From Alphaproteobacteria bacterium (GTDB lineage Bacteria; Pseudomonadota; Alphaproteobacteria; UBA9219): a DNA stretch of 43,688 nucleotides. Where the stretch lies: contig JBAVWC010000001.1 of assembly GCA_049697595.1 (NCBI GenBank), positions 1 to 43,688 on the forward strand, given 5' to 3'. Shown here one piece after another: positions 34,841 through 42,904 of the stretch (position 1 is the first letter of the stretch; every line of letters starts with the position of its first letter). A program made the position numbers and the translations under genes. Under the pieces are notes generated by a model that was given only the letters and a program-made list of their open reading frames with translations, did no database searches and was not told where the DNA came from.

Positions 34841-37099
34841 CTAATCCGGATTGGGTGCGAAGCCTATCTTGTTTCCACTTTGGAATCGCATTTTCACCAG
34901 TGCGGTCAGACGTTCCCCGATAGAAACGCCCGACAGAGCCCCTTCGGCAGTTTGCTTGGGACGTTCTGCCACAAGCTGCTTGGCGAGGCGGAAGCAGTCG
35001 AGCAGACTGGTGCCTGTGGGCAGCTTGACCGGCTTGGCAAGGCCGAGGACTTTTTGGGCGGTGGCTTCGTCGGGCGCTTCTACGCGAACCGTGTAGGGGA
35101 ATATTCCGGCATAGCGGCTGGCCGTATGATTATCCGTCATCAGAATAATCGGAACGTCGTGACGACGGATATTGGAGTGCAGCTCGTTATAAATGATCGA
35201 AGATCCCGTGTTCGAGGACAAGTTTCCGGCTACACGGTCGTCGATGATGAGTACGTTTTTTTTACTGTAGCACTCGTCGAGAAGCGCCGTGATGATTCCG
35301 GACTTGCCCAATTGCGAACTGTAGATGATATCGGGAGAGACGCGGCTAAACTGTTTCGCGATCGCGTGAGCGAGGCCGTCTTCGCCGTTACCGGGCTCGC
35401 CGAACAACATGAACGAAGGCTCATTGCCAAGCTTCTTGGGAATCTTCGCAAGAAAAGCGTCGGCGCTATCGTTTGTATTGGTCATCGCTTTGACGAGGCC
35501 GGGGGCATAGGGGATTTCCGGCTTTTCTTCTTCGGGCGCATCGGGGCGGGTCGTGCCGCGCACCACGGGCAACAGGCTGTTGAGCGTGGTTATCGCCGTG
35601 TCGATTTTGCCGACGGGGTGCAGTTTCTGGTTTTTCAGCGCGCGTTTGATGAGGGCGGGCTGGACATTGCCGAATTGCTCGATAAGTTTGCAGATATCGG
35701 CATCGGAAAGAGGAACGTTATTTTTCTTCGCGATGCGCTGCCACAGGCTTTTGGTAAATTCGGGCGACTGGGCAGGGAATTCGATGACGAAGGCTGCGCG
35801 ACGGAAAACGCTGACGTCGAAACCAGCGTGGCAGATGAGAATAACCGGCGCGTCCTTGTTTTCTCCAAGGCGGTTGTTCCCGGCGTTGGCGCTCAGGCGT
35901 TCGGCGTCATCGACGCCGACGACGATATCGTCGCTACGGCTCGCGATACGCAGCATGACGCCGAGATCACCCATTAGTTTTTCGGGCTTGACGACTTCCT
36001 GTCCCTTTTCGGGCTCGCCAGCCAGTTTAAGTTTTTTACCTGCGGCATCGACGAGAAGCTTGGCAAGCTCCGTTGTGCCTGCTCCGACCACGCCTTTGAG
36101 AACAATAACGGGGCGTTCTTCGCCTGCGGCATATTTGCGCGCTAGAAGCGCTTTGGCGAGGGCTATTTTCTTCTGGTCGATGTTATCGTAATCCTCTTCC
36201 AGAGAGAGGTCGGGGTCAGGCGTGGCTGTGGGGCCTTCGAGTCTGGCCTTGATGTCAGCGGAGGTCAGGTCGCTGTGTGAAAGAAAGTCCGTGTTGTAGG
36301 GATTAAGCGTGGGAAGAACGTTTTCTCCGCTCAGGGACTTCGTCCGGGCAACGGTTCCTTCTTTAGCTGCGCTTCCATCGGCAGGAAGAAGCAGCATTAA
36401 TTTTTCCAGATTCTGGGCTGCGCTCTGGATATCGCGCGGGCTGCTGTTCAGCAGCATACCGAATGTCTGATCGACCGAACCGATATATTTGGAGATACCC
36501 CCGATCAGCGGTCCAGATCCAGTTGAGCTAACGACCGCAAGCAGTTTTAATATATCGGACTCGGTTTTACTCAATCCCAATTCCTGCGTGAGGAGATCGA
36601 CATTGCGGGCGCTGGGAAACGCGTTTCGCATATCTTTGTAATAGTTATCGCCTTGCGCAACGACAGCAACCAAATTTTTTTCAATCGCCAGATAATCGAT
36701 TTTTGGTTGGCCAACCTGTCCGGCGGAGCGGCTCATCTGGCTGAGGAATCCTTCACCGACAAGATTGATTAAAATGGCCGCGTCATGTGTCGTTCTCAAA
36801 GCGTCGACGACGCCGCGCGCGATGGCTTCGCGCTTGGGCTTCGTGTCGGCGGCATTGGCGAGGTTTTGAAGATAGTGATAGAGCCAGCCTTCGGCGGGTA
36901 TGGGACGGAAATCAGCCTCTGCTGGTTTTTGCTCTTCGGCATTGGGCGGAACGGATGCGCGCTTGAGTTGCGTATCGGCAGCATCAATGATGTTCTGAAG
37001 ATAGTGATCTATCCAGTCTTCGGCGGGTGCAGGGTTGAAATCCGGATCTACGGGTTTTTGCTCTTCGGAATTAGGCGAAACAGATTCAGGATCATCCAT
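34841..37099 (-). CDS. Two-module AAA+-like protein with degenerate Walker A motifs
   Basis: Module 1: IVLKGVVGAGTTELAKLL ... DIVVGVDDAERL ... VILICHAG ... VFRRAAFVIEFPAQSPE. Module 2: FMLFGEPGNGEDGLAHAI ... VLIIDDRVAG ... IILMTDN ... FPYTVRVEAPDE. The ATG at 37099 has AAGGAA 7 nt upstream. The ORF-track start is 37144. Confidence 0.75.
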   Translation of the reverse strand: MDDPESVSPNSEEQKPVDPDFNPAPAEDWIDHYLQNIIDAADTQLKRASVPPNAEEQKPAEADFRPIPAEGWLYHYLQNLANAADTKPKREAIARGVVDALRTTHDAAILINLVGEGFLSQMSRSAGQVGQPKIDYLAIEKNLVAVVAQGDNYYKDMRNAFPSARNVDLLTQELGLSKTESDILKLLAVVSSTGSGPLIGGISKYIGSVDQTFGMLLNSSPRDIQSAAQNLEKLMLLLPADGSAAKEGTVARTKSLSGENVLPTLNPYNTDFLSHSDLTSADIKARLEGPTATPDPDLSLEEDYDNIDQKKIALAKALLARKYAAGEERPVIVLKGVVGAGTTELAKLLVDAAGKKLKLAGEPEKGQEVVKPEKLMGDLGVMLRIASRSDDIVVGVDDAERLSANAGNNRLGENKDAPVILICHAGFDVSVFRRAAFVIEFPAQSPEFTKSLWQRIAKKNNVPLSDADICKLIEQFGNVQPALIKRALKNQKLHPVGKIDTAITTLNSLLPVVRGTTRPDAPEEEKPEIPYAPGLVKAMTNTNDSADAFLAKIPKKLGNEPSFMLFGEPGNGEDGLAHAIAKQFSRVSPDIIYSSQLGKSGIITALLDECYSKKNVLIIDDRVAGNLSSNTGSSIIYNELHSNIRRHDVPIILMTDNHTASRYAGIFPYTVRVEAPDEATAQKVLGLAKPVKLPTGTSLLDCFRLAKQLVAERPKQTAEGALSGVSIGERLTALVKMRFQSGNKIGFAPNPD

Positions 37100-37273
37100 A
37101 AAACAATTCCTTTCAAATTTACCTGCACCCACCATGCTACACACGGAATATCGTAAAGCGCAATGGAATTAGTTGAGGAAAATTGTTAACGACGGAAACA
37201 GGGCTCGACTTTATGTCGATTGGGCTGTTAAAAAATAAGGGTTCCCCCTGCCCTCTTGTGTCGGAGATTTCGG

Positions 37274-38503
37274 ATGAATGTTAAAGAATTAAAAGGCCAG
37301 ACGATTGCTTTTGCGGCCTCGGGCGGGTTGGACAGTTGCACGATTACGCATTGGTTGACGGAACAGGGAGTGAAGGTCGTCGCCTTTACCGCCGATCTGG
37401 CGCAGCCGGACGAAACGAATTTCGGCGAGATAGAAAAACGCATGCGGGCTTGCGGGGCCGTCGATTATGTCGGCGTGCCTTTGCAGAAGCAGATGGCGGA
37501 AATCGGCATCGAGGGCGTGCAGGCGCAGACTTGTTACGAGAGCAGGTATTGGACGACGACTCCGTTCGGGCGGCAAGTGACGACGGCGGGGATTTTACCG
37601 GAGATGAAAAAGCGCGGCTTGAAAATTTTTAGCCACGGCGCGACGGGGCGCGGCAACGATCAGGTTAGGTTTCAACTCATCACCAATATGCTGGAGCCCA
37701 CTTTCAGCGTTTATGCGCCGTGGCGCGACGAAGCGTTTTTGAGCCGTTTCGGCGGGCGGTTGCAGATGATCGATTATTGCGAACAGCACGGCTTGCCGAT
37801 CAAGGCCTCGCGCGAGAAGCCCTATTCCACCGATGCCAATTTGCTGGGCCTGACGCATGAGGGCGGGAAGCTGGAGTCGTTGCAGACTCCGGCGCATTTC
37901 GTAACGCCGGAAATGGGCGTGTGGCCGGAACAGGCTCCCGACAAAGCGGAAGAATTTTCGGTGCGGTTTGAAGAAGGCATGCCGGTTTCGATTAACGGGA
38001 AATCGGTCGATGCGTTGCAGGCGATGTTGAAGGCCAATGAGATCGGCGGCAAACACGGGATTGGGATCGGGCTGCATATGGTCGAGAACAGGTTTGTCGG
38101 CGTCAAGTCTCGCGGCATTTATGAAGCGCCGGGGATGGAATTGCTGGGAACGGCTTATGCGTTTTTGTTGCAACTGGTTCTCGACCGGCGCGCGCATGAG
38201 ATGTTTGCCACTCTCTCCGCGACGATCACCAAGCAGTTGTATCAGGGCTATTGGAACGATGTCGCGACACGAATGGCGCGCAAGGGTGTTGCGGAAGCCA
38301 GCAAGCTGGCGACGGGAACGATTACCGTTTCGGTTTACAAAGGCAGCGTTTCGTATGTGAATGCCACAGACGTTCCGCATTCGCTGTTTTCCAGCGACGG
38401 GTCGATGGAGGATGAGGGCTCGTTCGATCACAAGGATTCAGAAGGTTTCCTGGGTGTGCTGGGCGTGCATGCGCGGTCGATCGCGCGGGCGGGGCAGATT
38501 TAA
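37274..38503 (+). CDS. argG: Argininosuccinate synthase
   Basis: AFAASGGLDSC (N-type ATP-PPase motif), HGATGRGNDQVRF and GIYEAPG. GGAG ribosome-binding site before the ATG at 37274. Confidence 0.95.
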   Translation: MNVKELKGQTIAFAASGGLDSCTITHWLTEQGVKVVAFTADLAQPDETNFGEIEKRMRACGAVDYVGVPLQKQMAEIGIEGVQAQTCYESRYWTTTPFGRQVTTAGILPEMKKRGLKIFSHGATGRGNDQVRFQLITNMLEPTFSVYAPWRDEAFLSRFGGRLQMIDYCEQHGLPIKASREKPYSTDANLLGLTHEGGKLESLQTPAHFVTPEMGVWPEQAPDKAEEFSVRFEEGMPVSINGKSVDALQAMLKANEIGGKHGIGIGLHMVENRFVGVKSRGIYEAPGMELLGTAYAFLLQLVLDRRAHEMFATLSATITKQLYQGYWNDVATRMARKGVAEASKLATGTITVSVYKGSVSYVNATDVPHSLFSSDGSMEDEGSFDHKDSEGFLGVLGVHARSIARAGQI

Positions 38504-38528
38504 TCTGATCTGCCGATAGAAGTTTTTT
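38493..38528 (+). terminator. Possible argG terminator
   Basis: GGCAGAT-N8-ATCTGCC spans the stop codon. A T6 run starts 9 nt after the stem, which is not ideal geometry. Confidence 0.3.
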
Positions 38529-38611
38529 GATGAATGTCAAATAAGCGCGCGGGAATTGGCGTACCGATAGAGTTGTCAGAATTTTTACTGATCCAACCTA
38601 TGGGGGCTTCG

Positions 38612-38707
38612 ATGAAAAACTCTCTGAAGAAGACCATAAGATATGCGCTGACACCGGCATTGATCATTTTGCTGCTCGGTTTGGCGGAGTGTTGCTGGCG
38701 ACGGTAG
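38612..38707 (+). CDS. Micro-ORF 1 (31 aa): MKNSLKKTIRYALTPALIILLLGLAECCWRR
   Basis: Signal-peptide-like n- and h-regions followed by Cys-Cys-Trp. GGGGG lies about 8 nt upstream. Below the ORF-track size cutoff. Confidence 0.3.
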   Translation: MKNSLKKTIRYALTPALIILLLGLAECCWRR

Positions 38708-38752
38708 GGAGTGTCTGACGGATAACTCAACCTTCTCACTTATAGGCGCATC

Positions 38753-38830
38753 ATGAAAAAGACACTTGTGAATATCGGCTTGATACTTTCGCTCCTCGCG
38801 CTGAGCGCGTGCGGCATCGATATCTGGTAG
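38753..38830 (+). CDS. Micro-ORF 2 (25 aa): MKKTLVNIGLILSLLALSACGIDIW, lipoprotein-like
   Basis: Lipobox-like LSAC. A nucleotide-level paralogue of micro-ORF 3. Confidence 0.4.
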   Translation: MKKTLVNIGLILSLLALSACGIDIW

Positions 38831-38838
38831 GAACGATT

Positions 38839-38922
38839 ATGAAAAAAAATCTTGTGAATATCGGGATGCTGGTCTCGCTTATCATGCTTTGCGGATGCGG
38901 CATGAAGATGTGGGTAGATTAG
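38839..38922 (+). CDS. Micro-ORF 3 (27 aa): MKKNLVNIGMLVSLIMLCGCGMKMWVD, lipoprotein-like
   Basis: AGGAA 7 nt upstream. Shares ATGAAAAA..CTTGTGAATATCGG...TGCGGCAT...TGG with micro-ORF 2. Overlaps the convergent GT2 stop by 4 nt. Confidence 0.4.
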   Translation: MKKNLVNIGMLVSLIMLCGCGMKMWVD

Positions 38923-39668
38923 CGCATTTCCTCGCCGCGTTCCGGGGCGGGCGTGTGGCGCTTGAGCCAGATGACGCCCAGAAGGTCATAGGTGCCGCGA
39001 ATGGCGCGTCCGAGGAAATCGGATTTAGTTACGCCGAATTCGCGGGGGCGGTCGTTGACGGGAGTGAAGAGGCATTCATTCCCGTAGAGTTTCATCAGCG
39101 CGGGCATAAAACGATGCAGGCCGCTGAAGAACGGAAGTTCCAGATAGGAATTCCGCATGAAAAGTTTCAGGCTGCATCCGGTATCGGGGCAATTGTCGTT
39201 GAGCAGCGTTTTGCGGATAAGATTGGCAAAACGGCTGGCGAGGCGTTTGGCAGTCGTGTCGCGGCGGTTGGCGCGGATTCCGGCGACGAGCATTTTCTTT
39301 TCGCGGCCCTTCGCCCAGGCGAGATCCATTAAACGGGGCGCATCGGCGGGGTCGTTTTGACGGTCGCCGTCTATTGTTAATATCCAGGTGGAGCGGGCGC
39401 GGCGAATGCCGTTGCGCAGCGCCGCGCTCATGCCTAGGCGCCTGGCGTGACGGATCAGGCGCACATGGGGGTTGTTTTGGCGCGATTTGAGGACTTCCTG
39501 CACGGTTTCGTCTTTGCTGCCGTCATCGACGCAGATAATCTCGAAAGCCTCTCCTACGGGGGCGTAGGCGGTCAGGACAGCCGTTATCTCTGCGATCAGG
39601 GGTTCCACATTGCCGGATTCATCCAGCATCGGGATAACGACGGAAAGTGCGGGAGGAGTTTCAGGCAT
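38919..39668 (-). CDS. GT2 polyprenyl-phosphate glycosyltransferase (GtrB/ArnC/DPM1-like)
   Basis: LSVVIPMLDESGNV, ICVDDGSKDET and TIDGDRQNDP (DXD region) are typical of the family. Confidence 0.85.
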   Translation of the reverse strand: MPETPPALSVVIPMLDESGNVEPLIAEITAVLTAYAPVGEAFEIICVDDGSKDETVQEVLKSRQNNPHVRLIRHARRLGMSAALRNGIRRARSTWILTIDGDRQNDPADAPRLMDLAWAKGREKKMLVAGIRANRRDTTAKRLASRFANLIRKTLLNDNCPDTGCSLKLFMRNSYLELPFFSGLHRFMPALMKLYGNECLFTPVNDRPREFGVTKSDFLGRAIRGTYDLLGVIWLKRHTPAPERGEEMR

Positions 39669-39799
39669 AGATTAACTCTGGCAGGTGGCAGACAATGTCG
39701 GTTTTGGCTCAAAAAAGACCAAAAAACCAGAATGAAAGAGATTTTGAACAAAGTTTTTGCTTTTCTGTGTCTTTTTGGTTAGGTTGCGCCCCTTGCGAT

Positions 39800-39876
39800 G
39801 CGCCCGTAGCTCAACTGGATAGAGCATCTGACTACGAATCAGAAGGTTAGGGATTCGAATTCCTTCGGGCGCACCA
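39800..39876 (+). tRNA. tRNA-Arg (anticodon ACG) with encoded CCA
   Basis: Hand-folded. Acceptor GCGCCCG/CGGGCGC, D-arm GCTC..GAGC, anticodon stem TCTGA/TCAGA with loop CTACGAA, T-arm AGGGA-TTCGAAT-TCCTT. Confidence 0.92.
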
Positions 39877-39896
39877 CCCTACGCTAAGGGTGCTTC

Positions 39897-39920
39897 GGGT
39901 GGCAGGCCACCCAGGTTTTT
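39897..39920 (+). terminator. Intrinsic terminator after tRNA-Arg
   Basis: GGGTGG-CAGG-CCACCC followed by AGGTTTTT. Confidence 0.6.
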
Positions 39921-39978
39921 AATGGGTTATGTGAAAATCGGCATGCGCTAACCTTAATGCGGAAAGCGCGCGATTGGT

Positions 39979-39993
39979 GAATAAGGTTTTAAT
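39979..39993. promoter_or_regulatory. CtrA-type box TTAA-N7-TTAA upstream of the sciP-like gene
   Basis: TTAATTTCATCTTAA is an exact match to the TTAA-N7-TTAA half-site arrangement. It lies about 155 nt upstream of the ATG at 40147. Confidence 0.4.
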
Positions 39994-40146
39994 TTCATCT
40001 TAATTTGCGAACAACTCCTTCTTATTCTTTAGGGTTTTTCACACTTGTTGCTGAATTTTAACCTTACCAATTAGCCATATTTTAAAAGATTCGGGCGTAT
40101 TGTCAGAATCGTATTCTACACCGATATATTTTTGAGGAGCTTTAGA

Positions 40147-40470
40147 ATGAACCACCATACCCCTGCTTTCACCACCGTCGATGATCAAGTCAAGATCGTT
40201 CGCATCTCACGCGAGAGAGAACTTGATCACCTGCCACCGCCCGATACGCAACGGTGGGTAACGCGCCGCAAAGCGCAAGTCGTCGCCGCAGTGCGCAGCG
40301 GATTGCTGACTTTCAACGAAGCCTGCGAACGGTATCGGTTATCGGAGGAAGAGTTCCATTCGTGGCTCAATCTGCTCGACCGTCACGGCGTACGCGGATT
40401 GCGCGCGACGCGGATGCAGGAATATCGCCCCGCCGACGAACGTCATCATGCGGAAGCGACAGCAGAATAG
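40147..40470 (+). CDS. sciP: DUF1153 / SciP-like small transcriptional regulator
   Basis: LPPPDTQRWVTRRKAQVVAAVRSGLLTFNEACERYRLSEEEFHSWLNLLDRHGVRGLRATRMQEYR resembles my recollection of Caulobacter SciP. GAGGAG ribosome-binding site before the ATG at 40147. Confidence 0.7.
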   Translation: MNHHTPAFTTVDDQVKIVRISRERELDHLPPPDTQRWVTRRKAQVVAAVRSGLLTFNEACERYRLSEEEFHSWLNLLDRHGVRGLRATRMQEYRPADERHHAEATAE

Positions 40471-40486
40471 CCGCTATTAGCGTTTC

Positions 40487-42166
40487 TTAAATCCTGACCA
40501 CATGCACATCCGTGACCGGTTTTTTGCCGTGGGTTTCGTTCAGATGTTTGCGAACGGCGACGGCGACGGCGTGGCGGACGGCGGCATCGTCGATGCGGGT
40601 GGATTTCGGCATTGCTTCGACGGCGTCGAAGGCGATTGCGGAAATATGGCCGTGAACGTCGTTTTCACCCTCGCCTTCCATTAATCCCATCAAGGATACT
40701 TGCGGTTCGCGCAGGACTTTGCCTTTTTCATCCATAACCAGCGTAACGACTGCCGCGCCGCTATAGGCCATTTTCTTTCTGTCTTTGGCGACGCTGTCGT
40801 CGAGCTGGCGCAGGACTTTGCCGTCCAATCCCCAGCGGCCGCTTTTTACTTCGGTGACGACTTCATGAATGCCGGGGCCGAGGCGGATGATTTGGCCGTT
40901 CGCGGGAATGAGCGTGTGCTTGACCTGACATTCATGCGCGATACGGGCATGTTCGGCCTGATGACGCGCTTCGCCGTGGACGGGCATAACCAGATGCGGG
41001 CGCGTCCATTGGTAAAGCTTCGTCAGTTCTTCCTGCGCCGGGTGGCCGGAAACGTGAACGGGCAGATCGCTGGAGGTGATGATATGGATGCCTTTGGCGA
41101 TCAGGCGGTTTTGCAGACGAGCGATGTCTTTTTCGTTTCCGGGAATATCGCGCGAGGAGAAGATGACCGTGTCTCCGGCATCGAGTTCGATTTCGGGGTG
41201 GTCTTCGACCGCTATGCGCGAGAGCGCGGCGCGGGCTTCACCCTGACATCCGGTGGAAACGATAACGATTTTGTCGCGCGGGGAAAGCATCGCTTCGTTT
41301 TCGCTGAGGAAATCGTTGAATTCGGGAAGATAGCCGCAATCTTCGGCGACTTCGGCATTGCGCCACAAGGAACGCCCAACCAAAGTTATGTAACGCCCCG
41401 AATGACGCGCGGCTTCGACGATCGATTTCAGGCGCGCGATGTTGCTGGCGAAACAGGTGACGACGATGCGTTTGTCGATCGTGCGGAACAGGCGGTTGAA
41501 TTCGTCTTGCACGCCTCGTTCAGAACCGGAATGTCCGGGAACCAGCGCATTGGTGGAGTCGCCGATGACGGCCATAACGCCTTCGACGCCGAGTTCCTTA
41601 AGGCGCGCTTCGTCGCTGACGAGGCCGACGATTGGATCGGGGTCGAATTTCCAATCGCCCGTGTGCAGGACTTTGCCGTGTTTCGTGTGCAGGACGAGCA
41701 TTTGCGCTTCGGGTATGGAATGCGTCACGGGGACGAATTCGCAATTGAAACTGCCGACTTCGAACTTGCCGCCGGGAAGGATTTCGATGATTTTGACTTT
41801 GCGGATTAAATCGGAATAGCCGAGTTTGTTGCGGATCAGTTCTGCCGTAAATTTGGTCGCATAGACGGGGCATTGGAATTGCGCCCACAAATGTTCGATA
41901 GCGCCGATATGATCTTCGTGCCCGTGCGTGATGACGAGGCCGACGATGTCGTCGCGGTTGTCGGCGACGAAGGAGATATCGGGAACGATGATATCGACGC
42001 CGGGAGTCGTTTCATCGCCAAACGTCACGCCGCAATCGACCATAAGCCATTTGCCCGCAGTGCCGTAGAGGCTGAGATTCATGCCGATCTCGCCCGCGCC
42101 GCCTAATGACAGATACCACAGCGCGTCATCTGGTGGACGGTGCGAATGCTTACGCGAATTGTTCAT
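40487..42166 (-). CDS. rnj: Ribonuclease J (metallo-beta-lactamase / beta-CASP)
   Basis: 559 aa. VITHGHEDHIGA, the beta-CASP region and the HVSGH motif. Confidence 0.92.
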   Translation of the reverse strand: MNNSRKHSHRPPDDALWYLSLGGAGEIGMNLSLYGTAGKWLMVDCGVTFGDETTPGVDIIVPDISFVADNRDDIVGLVITHGHEDHIGAIEHLWAQFQCPVYATKFTAELIRNKLGYSDLIRKVKIIEILPGGKFEVGSFNCEFVPVTHSIPEAQMLVLHTKHGKVLHTGDWKFDPDPIVGLVSDEARLKELGVEGVMAVIGDSTNALVPGHSGSERGVQDEFNRLFRTIDKRIVVTCFASNIARLKSIVEAARHSGRYITLVGRSLWRNAEVAEDCGYLPEFNDFLSENEAMLSPRDKIVIVSTGCQGEARAALSRIAVEDHPEIELDAGDTVIFSSRDIPGNEKDIARLQNRLIAKGIHIITSSDLPVHVSGHPAQEELTKLYQWTRPHLVMPVHGEARHQAEHARIAHECQVKHTLIPANGQIIRLGPGIHEVVTEVKSGRWGLDGKVLRQLDDSVAKDRKKMAYSGAAVVTLVMDEKGKVLREPQVSLMGLMEGEGENDVHGHISAIAFDAVEAMPKSTRIDDAAVRHAVAVAVRKHLNETHGKKPVTDVHVVRI

Positions 42167-42249
42167 TGAGAAATGCCTTTTATGGGTGAATTGCGATAGC
42201 TATAGGCGGTTTTGAGGGGCGGTGCAAACTTGGTGGGCAAGCAGCGCTG

Positions 42250-42287
42250 AAAAAAACAAAGGGCAATGCGTAGGCATTGCCCTTTGT
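42250..42287 (-). terminator. Strong intrinsic terminator for the 71-aa gene
   Basis: Perfect 14-bp stem ACAAAGGGCAATGC-GTAG-GCATTGCCCTTTGT, followed on the minus strand by T7. Confidence 0.8.
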
Positions 42288-42313
42288 TTGGCGTATTAGC
42301 CTTACTGTATGTA

Positions 42314-42529
42314 TTAGCTGCCCATACCGCCGGGCATAGTGTAGGGGTCCAGTGCTTTCGGTTCACTAGGCCTCTTCAGCGCTTGTTCGGCTTTTACAAG
42401 CTCTGCGAACGCCAGCACGTATGCGGCGCGCACATCTTCCGCGTTATTGCGATGAAAAACTTGCTTGAACGCTTCTTTCTTTAAGGCTTCAAGGGTTGCC
42501 AAATCATCGCCTTTTTTATATTCTGCCAT
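42314..42529 (-). CDS. Hypothetical 71-aa protein
   Basis: MAEYKKGDDLATLEALKKEAF... with GGAG 6 nt upstream of the ATG at 42529 and a strong terminator downstream. The ORF-track start (42628) lacks a ribosome-binding site. Confidence 0.5.
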   Translation of the reverse strand: MAEYKKGDDLATLEALKKEAFKQVFHRNNAEDVRAAYVLAFAELVKAEQALKRPSEPKALDPYTMPGGMGS

Positions 42530-42709
42530 TTGTATCTCCATCGTTGAAATTGGATCATTAATCCATTGCCTGTTGATAGCGAAAAGGAGGGAACCGTTCA
42601 AACATAATCTGGCGTGAATTGCCTTCATCGGCCTTATTTCTTACGGGGAATGCCTAAGATAGGGGGCATTCTTGGTTAATATTTTGAGGCGAGCCGGAAG
42701 CGGTGTAGC

Positions 42710-42838
42710 GGGACTTCCCTCCCGGGAGGGTCAGGGAGGGGGGTGAGCCGCAGGCTCATATTTTCAAGGATTTTGTTGGGTTGCCCAAAGGTGGCTTCGC
42801 CACCCCCCTCCCTAACCCTCCCCACAAGGGGGAGGGAA
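42710..42838. repeat. Second inverted pair of the C-rich repeat (MITE-like)
   Basis: 42710-42745 (inverted unit) and 42802-42838 (direct unit) are separated by about 56 bp. The spacer includes the hairpin GGTGGC-TTC-GCCACC. Confidence 0.7.
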
Positions 42839-42904
42839 TTTCTCCGCTCTTTTGGAATCTGGTTTCTCACATAGGATTAATTTTGAGAGGTCGGGAATGG
42901 ATTT

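Noticed and set aside
34699-34923. 74-aa ORF starting at the second copy of the duplicated RBS-ATG module
   Set aside because: The product is Arg/Cys-rich and runs into the convergent AAA+ gene. The +1-shifted frame over the same DNA encodes a convincing TM3-TM4 segment instead.
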